From contig JALDZX010000003.1 of assembly GCA_022813865.1 (NCBI GenBank), forward strand, positions 248,001 to 312,000: 64,000 nucleotides of DNA, read 5' to 3'. The notes under the pieces were generated by a model. The model worked only from the letters and a program-made list of their open reading frames with translations, was not told the DNA's origin and searched no databases. The position numbers were made by a program, and so were the translations under genes. Below, piece by piece: positions 1 through 10,227 of the stretch (position 1 is its first letter; each line of letters begins with the position of its first letter). The DNA is from Xylographa opegraphella (lineage: Eukaryota).

Positions 1-374
1 GCTATCCAAAGTTTTCGCGTAATGCTGTTAGTTTGTTGATGTGGTATTCGGTCCTTTCTTGAGCTGCCTTCGAGACTCGTTGGCCTGAGCACAGATCGTG
101 AATGGTTTCTCTTTATAGTTTACTAATAGAGACTACTTTTGCAATCGATACCGGATGAAGAGATCTCAGCTGGTTTAAGCATTTTAGCTCAACTACTTGT
201 TGCTGCTGTTAATCACGTTGATGATTACGAATGTTCAAGGCGATGAAGCTCGAAAGTACTGCCCAGCATCAATGCCTAAAGGCTGTCTCGTTCATAATGG
301 CCGTTGCAGTGCTTCTATTCTTGTCTTTCGACACTGCATTATCTCCTCTTAAGACTCTCTTTCTGCCTTCAGTC

Positions 375-1647
375 ATGTGGTGATCCATCTTCCCAGCAAT
401 GCTAACCTGGACGGCGCTTACTATCGCCACGTCACATCCACAGCTGTTCGTAGTGATTGCAATGAAGGAATTGGTGATTCTAGTTATGATAGTAGAAGTC
501 CGACTTGTTTCTAACAGTTTTGACTTCTCAGCATTTGTGGTACTTATGAGAAGGTTCTCACGAGGAAGCAAGATCTTCTAAATTCCTTCAACCATCCAAG
601 GTTCCTCGTTATCGAGACGATATGGAGATGCAGATTGCTCGTGGTACTTCCTGACGACAGTCACCCTGGCCCCAACGTGAGCGAATCTTCGGGAGCTATG
701 TCTCAATCCTTTGCTCGTCTCGTCAGCACCACTACCGCAGTAGCAACGCTTTACAGCCCCAAAACGGCGACGTCTGATGTCACAGCGAGGTCTGCTTTAC
801 AAGTACGAGGGCTTCCCTACTGACAATGTCATGGCGACCACAATACTAGTTGTGGTAGGACCAACTCTTACACTTCCGATGGTCACCCATTACAGTGCCT
901 GCAGCGCCTACTCACCCTTGGGTAGCGCTGATCTTGCATCTCGTTAGACAGACGACAGTCGCACCGTCATGTATACCAACTTATGCATCCGCTTGCTCTG
1001 GTCCAGTCCGATATTCAAGTACATGCTCTTATGTCGTGCCAAAGGCATCAACCACCACTGCGCCCATCCCAAGCACTATGAGCACGACCTATCCGCCTAG
1101 CGTCTCGACCCAAATACAACAGATTCCACAATAGCCGTTGTCACAACCAATTCTACAAGTATTTTTACCACAACGAATGCGACAGTGACTGTCCTGTAAG
1201 GCTGTTCCGCTTTTCATGGTTTTCGAATTTGTCCCCTCAAGTAGCAGCTTCTTGGATCGCACCTCACTAATATTTAGTTCTAGTGAAACAATAACCACAA
1301 CTTACATTTTCTCCACAGCAATCTTTTACGAAGCCTGTGCCTCCCAAATGACAGTCGGTTTCTTACGACAGCATCGGTATCACACTCGCTATCCCTCAAT
1401 GTTCAAGTCAACACTATTTCCGACACCAGCGCCAACAACTGCTCTGTCTCCTGCTTACACATCCCAGGCCATGCCGCCACGGCGTCTTGTGGGCCGCACA
1501 ATGCTTGTTATCTCTTTACCGACGATGGCACATTACACGCGCGGCGGAAAGTGTGGCGGGGATGTTCTTTACATATTCGCAAATAGCGCCCGATGGGATA
1601 TTCTTGGTTTCGATGCGTGGATTTATTTAGAATGGCGGAAGCGATGA
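375..1647 (+). pseudogene. Decayed secreted Ser/Thr/Cys-rich protein gene
   Basis: Fragments in several frames resemble a widespread fungal secreted family: a signal-like start MW*SIFPAMLTWTALTIA, then DCSWYFLTTVT, CIPTYASACSGPVRYSSTCS and Thr-rich stretches. They are broken by in-frame stops (TGA 381, TGA 821) and frameshifts. Confidence 0.5.
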
Positions 1648-1887
1648 GTGAGGTTGGGTGTTGCTCCAGCCTGTTGGTCAAAAGTTTTTCGTCGAATAGG
1701 AACTTGTATGGGAGAGATAAGATGGAGTTATTGCTACCATTTATCACGGCTTTGTTTCACCTGTAGAATAATCGCTTCCGGATAATGTTTTGGCCGTCAG
1801 CCCTCCACATTAGGTCGAGAATCAAAGTCGGCATTCTTTCTCGTGGAAGATAGAAATTATCCGACGATTGGAATTTCAAGCCGTAGC

Positions 1888-3024
1888 ATGTTCTTAGATC
1901 GTCTTCCACCTGAGTTGCTTCAATTTATACTTTCTTATCTCGATGTTAGTCCGGCTTCAACCACCAAGTTATACGAAGAGCCCGTTTTGACAACGGACTC
2001 GATATATCAACCGCTCAAGCATTTGTCGCAGACATGCGGTCGATACCGTTCTCTCAGCTTGCCGTACCTGTTCAGATACTCGACTGTTCAATATCACGAT
2101 TCTACTCTTCAATCATCAGAAGTTGGCGGATACCTTGGGCTTCTCCCTTTACGCAACAAAGTGCGGGATTTCCTCGAGTTTGTCGTCAAGCAAGACTTAT
2201 CTCAGCGTGTCCAAAGCTTGGTCATCTCTACTACGCACAGTGTTGAGTTCGACTCTCTTCATTTGACGGCAGCTCATCCGGCACGTGAGCTGGGTGACCT
2301 ATGGACATCTATATTTTCTGTGCTTCAACCGCATGCTATCACGATCAGCGCTCCGCCATCCTCTCTGGCATGGTTAACGTCTTGTGTCATTGATCGCTCC
2401 GATGAATGGGCCTTCAAGATGCAGCGTCACACTCTCCAGCTTCGGACTCCTGCAGACATTTCAAGAATGAACTATCCTAAACCCCAGCGGACGAATAAGC
2501 TGTTTCAGATTGTCCCATGGGCTCACTGTATACTCAATGAAGGGTCCTCCATACAGGTCTACAACACATATCAATATGATGCCATGGTTCAACCATCCAT
2601 ATTGAACGAGTTCCTCCACACAGATGTCGCTCTTCGGTTGCTCACGTCACTTCGTTCTTTTGACTTTGTTGCAATTTTTCCCTTGCAAGGACAGCTTGAC
2701 ACGTTGCTTTCGTTTCTTTTCGTCCTTCCAAACCTGCAACGTGTGACAATCCAGCTCGCACCTCAGAAGCAGAACAGAATCCTGGAGGATGCATCTAGAG
2801 TACAGCGGTCGCTTTATTCCGACTTGTGGATGGAACTTGAAACTGTCTTCTTTATCATAGCCGTAGAAGTGGTACACAAGGCTTACGGCAGCATCAACGA
2901 GCTCATATGCCACGATTACCAGCAGGAAACTCTGTGGGAGACCCTCAGACCTGGCGGTAATCTCATATCCCGACACTGGCAAACCATAAAGGATGGCCAT
3001 TGGAAAAGAATTGATGCTTCATAG
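1888..3024 (+). CDS. F-box domain protein
   Basis: Intronless ORF whose ATG at 1888 gives MFLDRLPPELLQFILSYLD, a typical N-terminal F-box motif. Confidence 0.7.
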   Translation: MFLDRLPPELLQFILSYLDVSPASTTKLYEEPVLTTDSIYQPLKHLSQTCGRYRSLSLPYLFRYSTVQYHDSTLQSSEVGGYLGLLPLRNKVRDFLEFVVKQDLSQRVQSLVISTTHSVEFDSLHLTAAHPARELGDLWTSIFSVLQPHAITISAPPSSLAWLTSCVIDRSDEWAFKMQRHTLQLRTPADISRMNYPKPQRTNKLFQIVPWAHCILNEGSSIQVYNTYQYDAMVQPSILNEFLHTDVALRLLTSLRSFDFVAIFPLQGQLDTLLSFLFVLPNLQRVTIQLAPQKQNRILEDASRVQRSLYSDLWMELETVFFIIAVEVVHKAYGSINELICHDYQQETLWETLRPGGNLISRHWQTIKDGHWKRIDAS

Positions 3025-3046
3025 GTCCGTTGCCAGTTTTAGGATA

Positions 3047-4073
3047 TTAGCTGAAGGCTTGGACGAGAAGCATCGCTGCGCCTGCTGCCACTCCTCCAAC
3101 TCCTACCATTTGAACGGCACCTCTCACACCTTTGATCAGATTGCTTGTTCCTTTCCATCCTCGCATAAGACAAGTCTTGACATAACCAAATGCGAACAGC
3201 GCAACGACCATGACGGCAACACTCCACCAGAATGCCCGTCCAACATCATCGGTCTCGACAAAGAAATATGGTAACAGTGGCAAGATTCCGCCAAAGAAAT
3301 ATCCTGCAGCAATGGTCATTGCTGAAACATACGCCCTGTGATAAGCTGGCCTAGGAATCTCATGGTGGAAGCGCATGAGAAAGTCGATTGAAAGGTGTGG
3401 TGAGCTTGCAAAGTTGGAGACAATTGGATTGAGAGCCACAGGCTGCAGGTTATACGGTGCAAAAAGAGACCTGACCAGAGAGGTAGCTTTGTAAGGCGAT
3501 TTCGATACTAAAAGACGGGTTTCCGACAGCATGGCCTCATAGAACTCACTAGAACACCAATCAATGGAGCTCTTGCATCGGGAAAACAGACAAAGCCAAG
3601 CTTACGCTTCACTTCTCGCCGCGAGATATCCTCCCAAGCCCATGGAGATGGCACCGGCAATCAGCTCTGCCAGTCCACCGAAGATGACGACCTTTGTGTT
3701 CCCGAGCGCCGACAAACCTGCCGACAATGCGAACGGCACGGTGAGACCATCCGCGAGACCGATGATGGCGTCCGAAATGATTCTGGCATCCCAAGACCGA
3801 GGCGCGAGGTCCGGCAGCAGTTCTTCGGCCTTCTCGTTGATGCCTTCCTCTCCCCGGGACTCGTCTGTTACACTTGACAGTCGTTGAGCAGTAGAAATGC
3901 CGCTTTCCGGATCTGTACTGAACGTCAGACCGGCCGAGGACTCTTGCGAGTGGGTTAGGACTTTTTGAAACTATACCTTCGTGTAGAAGCGGATCCAACA
4001 GAGTGTCTGGGCCCCTTCTCGATGTCGCCGTCTGCGAGCCGAAGATGGAGCGCACGATGGAGACAAGAGACAT
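3047..4073 (-). CDS. CCC1: Vacuolar Fe/Mn transporter, VIT1/CCC1 family (3 exons)
   Basis: DAIIGLADGLTVPFALSAGLS, GGLAELIAGAISMGLGGYLAARSE and DFLMRFHH...AAGYFFGGILPLLPYFF are VIT1/CCC1 hallmarks; two GT-AG introns. Confidence 0.92.
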
Positions 4074-4796
4074 GGCAGATGTTGACGAAACAAACGAGAT
4101 CAACCCCCTCCACTCCAGAACATATTCTCTCAGAAATTCTCAAACGTCATATCAGGCACCTAGAGAATATTCACCGCTGAAAAAACCGCACGGCCAGTAG
4201 CAGTAGTAGTAGTAGTAGCCCTTGTACTTCAATATAACCGAAGCACTGCCTATCGCACCCGCCGTCGCCATCCCCATGCCTTTCACTACGTAGTCCCACT
4301 GCTCTCCTGCCAGATTTCTCCCCCACGTGCACCCATATATCTATCCTGAGCGGACTCCGGTCATCGCTCCCCACCGGGGCTTTCTACCGATACCTTTTGT
4401 CCCCGAAAAGGCAACTCCTTCGCCGTTGGGAAGGCTTGGGGATCGCTCCTGAGTCCCGGCTAGTGCGGTGGGGGCGCCGAGGACGCTTATGCAAGCCTGC
4501 CCGGCCCCCTGTTGCGGGACTGCGGACAGCGTTTTTGGACGGGCCTATGGGGAGGGGGTGTGGAGGGTCGTGGGGGGAGGGGGGGACTGCCAATCGGAGG
4601 GAGGGGGGTGGTCATGTGGGACGGAGGTGGGGAGGATAAGGTAAGGTACGGAGTACGCAGCTGTGGAAAGGCCAAGGCGTTGATCGGTTTTGTGCGATGT
4701 GCCTGATGTGCCTGATGTGGGGCGGGGGGGGGGGATTGTTTGGGACTCGCTTTGTGCTTTCTGAGCGGCTCACGTACGGCATAGGTGATGATTGAT

Positions 4797-4878
4797 GGAC
4801 TTTATGTATTTTCGAGTGATTTTATGTGGACTTGATGTATTTTCGAGTGATCTTATGTAGACTTGATGTATTTTCAAC
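4797..4878. repeat. 31-bp tandem minisatellite (~2.6 copies)
   Basis: GGACTT(T/G)ATGTATTTTCGAGTGAT(T/C)TTATGT at 4797 and 4828, with a partial copy at 4859. Confidence 0.85.
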
Positions 4879-5011
4879 TACGGAGTACTGATGTATGCAT
4901 TAAGAACTGTGGATTTTATGCCTCGTTTACTCATCAACCGCATCTGCAATGACGCTATGTAACGAATGACCATGTCCAGTGCGACGCAGCCGAAGCAAAG
5001 TTATCGCAATA

Positions 5012-6328
5012 CTAAGCGGTTCCGCACACGCCGTACTTGGGCGGGTGCTGCCCGTCCGGGATCTCGACGTCAGTGGTGTAGTAGCAGGCGGCCTGGTCCT
5101 GACTCCAGGTGGAGACGATGCTGGGCAGGACGGTGCGGCCGTTCATGGTGGCGGCGACGTCCGGGGCCGGGAGCGGGACTCGGCTGTTCTTGCTGTTGAA
5201 GGGGCCCGGGTAGGAGGAGTTGAGGAAGACGGTGTTGAAGGACGGGCTGATCCACTTGCGCATCGTGTCGCCGGTCTTGGCCGCCACGTGGGCGAAGACG
5301 TTGGCGCCGACGTCCCAGCGGCCGAGGGTGTGGAGGCCCCAGTTGGCTTCGACGGTGGCGATCTGGGAGTAGTGATCGTAGAAGTGGAGGTCCGTGGTGC
5401 CGATGAGGTTCTTCGGGATCGAGTCCCCGAGGAGGATGCCCATGATGCGGTTCTGCTCCGTGTACGTCTCCGTCTCGTCGAAGGTGAGGAGCACGAGCGT
5501 GTTGTCCATGAAGTTCGGGTTCGTCAGGAGCGGCGTGAGGAAGTTCTCGGCCCAGACGCCGGCGACGGCGACGGAGGTGTCGTGCCCGTCGTTGGTCATG
5601 TTCGGGGTGATGAACATCCACTGCGGGAGCTCGTTGTTGGCCAGGTCTTCGGCGAATTGAGTGAAGTTCTTCATCTTGGCGAGACGGTCTGGGTTGTCGG
5701 AGTTGGCGTCGTAGATAACTGCGGGATTGTGCTTGCGGACGTAGTCGTTCGCTCGGGTTTTCTGGTTGATCCACGAGTAACCTTCGAAGCCTGAGTAGGG
5801 CATGTCCTCTTGGTATTCGCCCCATGCGATGCCCTTGTCCTCGAGTAGGTCGATCACAGTTGATACATTGGATGGAATGAAATTGAAATTGTCGTTATCC
5901 ATTCCAAAGTGATCGCCCCCGATCGCAGCAACATAGTTTGGCTCACTGGGATGAGTTGTAGCACTGATAGAGCATTAGGTCAGCATTGATAAGCATAATA
6001 ATATGCTTGAGAAGACTGACAAGTAGTTTGCAAGGAGAATTCCTTGTTTTGCAAGTGCTGTTAGATTTGCTGCAGGCTCCATCAGTTCACCAAACTCTTG
6101 ACCTATATGATAGAGAGAATTCTTACGGTTGCTCGTAGCCATGTCATAGTCGGTGTTCTCCAAATATATGATGGCTATTCGATCGAATGCTTTCCCTGCG
6201 ACATGACTGACAGGACTTTCGGTCTTCGCAGTCGCTTTGGCCGCGGCCACAGCTGCGGTACTTGTTGCAGTGTTTTGAGCTGCAACGCTTGCGGCTATTC
6301 CGGCCAAAAGACCGACGGTGAATTTCAT
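5012..6328 (-). CDS. Secreted acid phosphatase (phosphoesterase family), 3 exons
   Basis: Signal peptide MKFTVGLLAGIAASVAAQ; motifs FDRIAIIYLENTDY, THPSEPNY, YVRKHNP, FITPNMTNDGHDT, LTFDETE and YDHYSQIATVEANW. Confidence 0.9.
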
Positions 6329-7062
6329 ATTGGACGTATAGATCAAGAAGCCAGTGCAGATAGGAGAAGGAAATTGCCTCTGGAAGGATACTTCAAATTG
6401 ATAGATTTTGACAAAATGACAGAACGTTCAAGATGTTAACGGACTCGGAAGAGCAGCAATGTGGACATGGAAGGCACCATGTATAAGAAAAAAAACAGGT
6501 GAATGCTTGTGACTGAATAGAAAGATCCCAAGCGTTACAGGCAAATACAATAAACCCCGTGCCCTGCAGCCCGGTCGTGAGAAGACTTTTCGGCCATGTC
6601 TAGAAGGAAACGATTGCCGGTCAAAGCTGGACACCTTCTGCAACCAGCGGAGTTCTGTTGCGAGACCCATCTTGCTCTGCATCGTCGGTAGAACGTGGAA
6701 CATCAAAAGGCTCCGATTCGCTGAGCACTTCAAGCAAGGCTAGGATAGCCGTTTTTCTAAGGTCGAAAGTGATCTCCGGATGTTCTACAAATGATGGAAG
6801 GTCCGGATTAGCTCCCCTAATGAGACTAGGTGTTCAATGGGATCTGCAAGCGGCTTCTACCCCTGAACAACAACAATAATGGCATTAGGTACTCGGTACG
6901 TAGGTATCTTTGAGCTAGATTTTACGTCGCGAAGGTGCCATGTTTTCACTGCCTTCTGCCCTGCCGATCGTGAGCCTGCTTGCGTGAGCCTGCTTGCGTC
7001 GTGTTGTGGCCTTCTACCTTGCCGAAAGCCAAGTGCTCCATGCGGAACGACTTCAGCTAATT

Positions 7063-9069
7063 ATGGAGCGCGACACGGAAGATTCCTCGTCGTCGAGAAG
7101 CGAAGCGTATTGGCATGCAGAGCAAGCTCAGGCTCTCCTAGTTGAGGATGGCGATGGCAATGACGAGCATGGGAAATTTCTGGGACATGAAAGCAGAACG
7201 AGAAATGCTTGCAATTACTTCAGACAGCACAAGTCCTGGTCTACGGCGATTTTGTCTGTGTTTCTTGTTCTTATAACGACGGGTATCGTTTGGTGGTTTG
7301 GTAGCGAAGCTCCTCTGATCGTTGATCCTTGGCAAGCTGCACTTGATGCAGCTGAACCGCATCATGATTATACTCTGGACCGTAACTGGGACTTCGATGC
7401 ACCACCCAGAACCAGAGAGTATTGGTGGACTATTGAGAACGCGGAACTCAATCCTGATGGAGTCTACAAGTCAATGATCGTCATCAACGGCCAATTTCCG
7501 GGGCCCATGATCAATTGCAATGAAGGTGATACTGTCATCGTCAATGTGAAAAATAAAGGTATGAATGCTACATCCATACACTGGCATGGTATTTATCAAA
7601 ACGGGACCAACTGGATGGACGGGACTGTTGGAATAACTCAATGTCCAATTGCATCCGGGGGGATTTTTACTTATGAGTTCAAGATCAGTGGACAATCAGG
7701 TTCTTACTGGTATCATGCTCATCAAGGTACGCAAGTTGCCGACGGTCTGTACGGACCTCTCGTTGTTCATTCAAGACTCGAGAAAAAGCTACAGGAGATA
7801 CGATACGATTCGGATAGAGTTATAATGGTTCAAGACTACTACCATGACGCTTCTGGTGCTCTACTCCTCAAATACCTCGAACCTGATCGAGAGAATGCAG
7901 AGCCTGTTCCGGATGGAGCTTTGATAAACGGGAAGAACGTTAGGAATTGCGACGCCCTTCCTCATCGAAAATGTGATAATACGACGGCAGGCCTAGCCAC
8001 TCTAGAGCTTGCCCCAAGCCAGAATCATCGACTTCGATTCATCAACACTGGAAGCTTTGCAGAGTTCCAGATCCAAGTTGATGAGCATGAATTTGCGGTA
8101 ACGGAAGTCGATGGGACAGACGTCAAGCCTGCCTACTATCATCGCCTTAATATCAATCCTGGACAACGCTACAGTATTGTCCTCAAAACTGACAGGCCAA
8201 CGGCGGGGTCCTTCTGGCTACGGGCGCGTATGATCACTGACTGCTTTGCGGAACGAAATGCAGACTTGATACCCGAAGTGCGGGCTGTCGTACAATACAG
8301 CCAAGACGAGATGCGGAGCACTGACGGGATGTCGTATCCGCTTCCTAAGAGTCTTGACTGGCCGGAAGCTATCGAGCAAATTTGTAAGGATATGAATACC
8401 ACTGAGCTTATCCCAGCCACAATCACCACTGCACCTGCCGCCCCAGATGCAGTTTACTATCTGTGGGCCAATTTTCAGATTGGTGACTGGAGACTCAGTA
8501 GAGGGTTCTTCAACGATAGTTCATGGAAACCCGACGTTTACTCTCCTACTTTATCACGATATATCGAAGGTTATAGTGTCGTCAATGAGAGCTTCACCTC
8601 AACAGAGAACGGGAGTAATGAGGTCACCTTTGATAACAACCGTGAAATGGTCATCCAAATTGCCGGCATTCAGACAATTGACATCATCATCCAGAACTTT
8701 GACGACGGCAATCACCCTATGCATCTTCACGGATACAAATATTTCGTCCTAGCACAAGGCCATGGCTACTTTCCTTGGGACACCTACAACTCCCTCAATC
8801 TGTCAAATCCCCTGAGACGTGATACAGCTTCCGTACAGGCTTACAGCTGGCTTCTTATTCGCCTGGTTACCGACAACCCTGGCATGTGGGCTCTCCATTG
8901 TCACATTTCATGGCATACGGAAGCTGGGATGCTTATGCAGTTCTTGATCAGGCCTGAAATCGTCAGCAAATGGTCTTTACCAGTGGCTAACACAAACTTA
9001 TGTCAAGCCGAGGGCTTGGAGAACGGAATGACTCCTGGTGATGATACATGGTCCGGAGACACGGGCTGA
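7063..9069 (+). CDS. Multicopper oxidase (laccase/ferroxidase-like) with N-terminal membrane anchor, intronless
   Basis: All four Cu-binding motifs are present: IHWHG, WYHAH, HPMHLHG and HCHISWHTEAGM. A hydrophobic segment (AILSVFLVLITTGIVWWF) follows a polar ~60-aa N-terminus. Confidence 0.93.
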   Translation: MERDTEDSSSSRSEAYWHAEQAQALLVEDGDGNDEHGKFLGHESRTRNACNYFRQHKSWSTAILSVFLVLITTGIVWWFGSEAPLIVDPWQAALDAAEPHHDYTLDRNWDFDAPPRTREYWWTIENAELNPDGVYKSMIVINGQFPGPMINCNEGDTVIVNVKNKGMNATSIHWHGIYQNGTNWMDGTVGITQCPIASGGIFTYEFKISGQSGSYWYHAHQGTQVADGLYGPLVVHSRLEKKLQEIRYDSDRVIMVQDYYHDASGALLLKYLEPDRENAEPVPDGALINGKNVRNCDALPHRKCDNTTAGLATLELAPSQNHRLRFINTGSFAEFQIQVDEHEFAVTEVDGTDVKPAYYHRLNINPGQRYSIVLKTDRPTAGSFWLRARMITDCFAERNADLIPEVRAVVQYSQDEMRSTDGMSYPLPKSLDWPEAIEQICKDMNTTELIPATITTAPAAPDAVYYLWANFQIGDWRLSRGFFNDSSWKPDVYSPTLSRYIEGYSVVNESFTSTENGSNEVTFDNNREMVIQIAGIQTIDIIIQNFDDGNHPMHLHGYKYFVLAQGHGYFPWDTYNSLNLSNPLRRDTASVQAYSWLLIRLVTDNPGMWALHCHISWHTEAGMLMQFLIRPEIVSKWSLPVANTNLCQAEGLENGMTPGDDTWSGDTG

Positions 9070-9155
9070 GGTGGACACTTGCTGGGCCAAGTAGTCTTGG
9101 TTATAGCGGATGTTACTATGCACTCAACCACCGCTTCTAACTCTATCGCTTCAAG

Positions 9156-9525
9156 ATATACCGCCTAGTTGCGGTTTAGGGTATGCTCAAGGCTGTGTTT
9201 GCTTATGCGCAAAACAACTAAGCCAGTCCGCAGTCTCGGCGACTACCTCTTCGCCCGCGATCTCTACATGGAAAGCTTCCTCCAAGCTCGTAGCCTGTAC
9301 GGCCGCGGCGTGATCGCCTCTAAGCTCACCTCCAATTCAGTCGCTGGGAATACACCGCACCTTAAATCGCTCCACGATGATCCAGCGTCCGCGAAGTCGG
9401 CACTGCATACGATGTGGACTAATCCGCTAGCGGAAGCCGACGGCCTCCGGGTCAATCGGCTCAAGGAGAAGATTAAGGACCTCCAGGTGGAGATCGTGGC
9501 CGCAAGTGAGGGAGCGTTGAGATAG
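9156..9525 (+). pseudogene. Possible gene remnant (unknown product)
   Basis: Coding-like, GC3-rich frame (GDYLFARDLYMESFLQARSLY...RLKEKIKDLQVEI) directly after the oxidase stop, with no room for a promoter. Upstream fragments are broken by stops and a frameshift. Confidence 0.3.
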
Positions 9526-10227
9526 GAGAGTGAGAGTGCAAGTCAGGAGGGGGTAGAGAAGAGTGGGAATGGTGTGGAGAAGTGTATGTACTTAGCTTGG
9601 AGGACGGCATTGAGGACAATAAATTTTCTTGGCGGAGACACACTGCTCATTGACAATGGCTTTGGAGTGGTTGGTCATGATTGTCGGGCGGGTATATCGG
9701 TGTGCGAAAATTGGGAATGATAGGTGAACTCATCTAGTGAATCACACCCAGGTGTGACCCTCTCTGGCATTCGTAGCACAACCTTGCGCTCGATCTCACT
9801 CTGGCTTCTCCTACCACCCATCCGATATATCAGGGATCCAGGCCAGATCGTGTACCACAGATAGCTCATGGATTCAATTGAACCTGCACAGCGATGCAAT
9901 ATTCTACAGCATGTGATATTCTACAGCGATGCAATCATCATGCACTCGCGGGAGTCGTTTGAAGCTACGGTGATTTTTGCACCAGTGAAAAGCCAATTGT
10001 GCCAGAAAACCGCTGTAGGAGACGATAAAGCATCGATCTGGCGAGGGGGTAAGGTGAGAAGTGTAGTACGATTGGAACAACATCGAACATAGTCTCACAG
10101 ACACAGAGCCGGAATAGACTGAGTGGGCAACTTGTCTTTTGTATTACTAATGACCCCAGGAATGCTACATGAAACAGCCTGCTATTATACATTTCGCGCA
10201 ACGTTAATTGTGGGATGTTTTCTAAAC

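Noticed and set aside
4590..4609. HapX/CBC bipartite site upstream of CCC1
   Set aside because: CCAAT is present, but the downstream RWT submotif at the expected spacing is not matched (GGT).
4797..4878. 31-bp repeats as a CRISPR array
   Set aside because: Head-to-tail copies with no spacers, in a eukaryotic context with no cas genes.
4979..5825. Long overlapping ORFs (4979-5794 +, 5070-5825 -)
   Set aside because: Shadow frames caused by the very high GC3 of the phosphatase exon; the same applies to 62273-62896.
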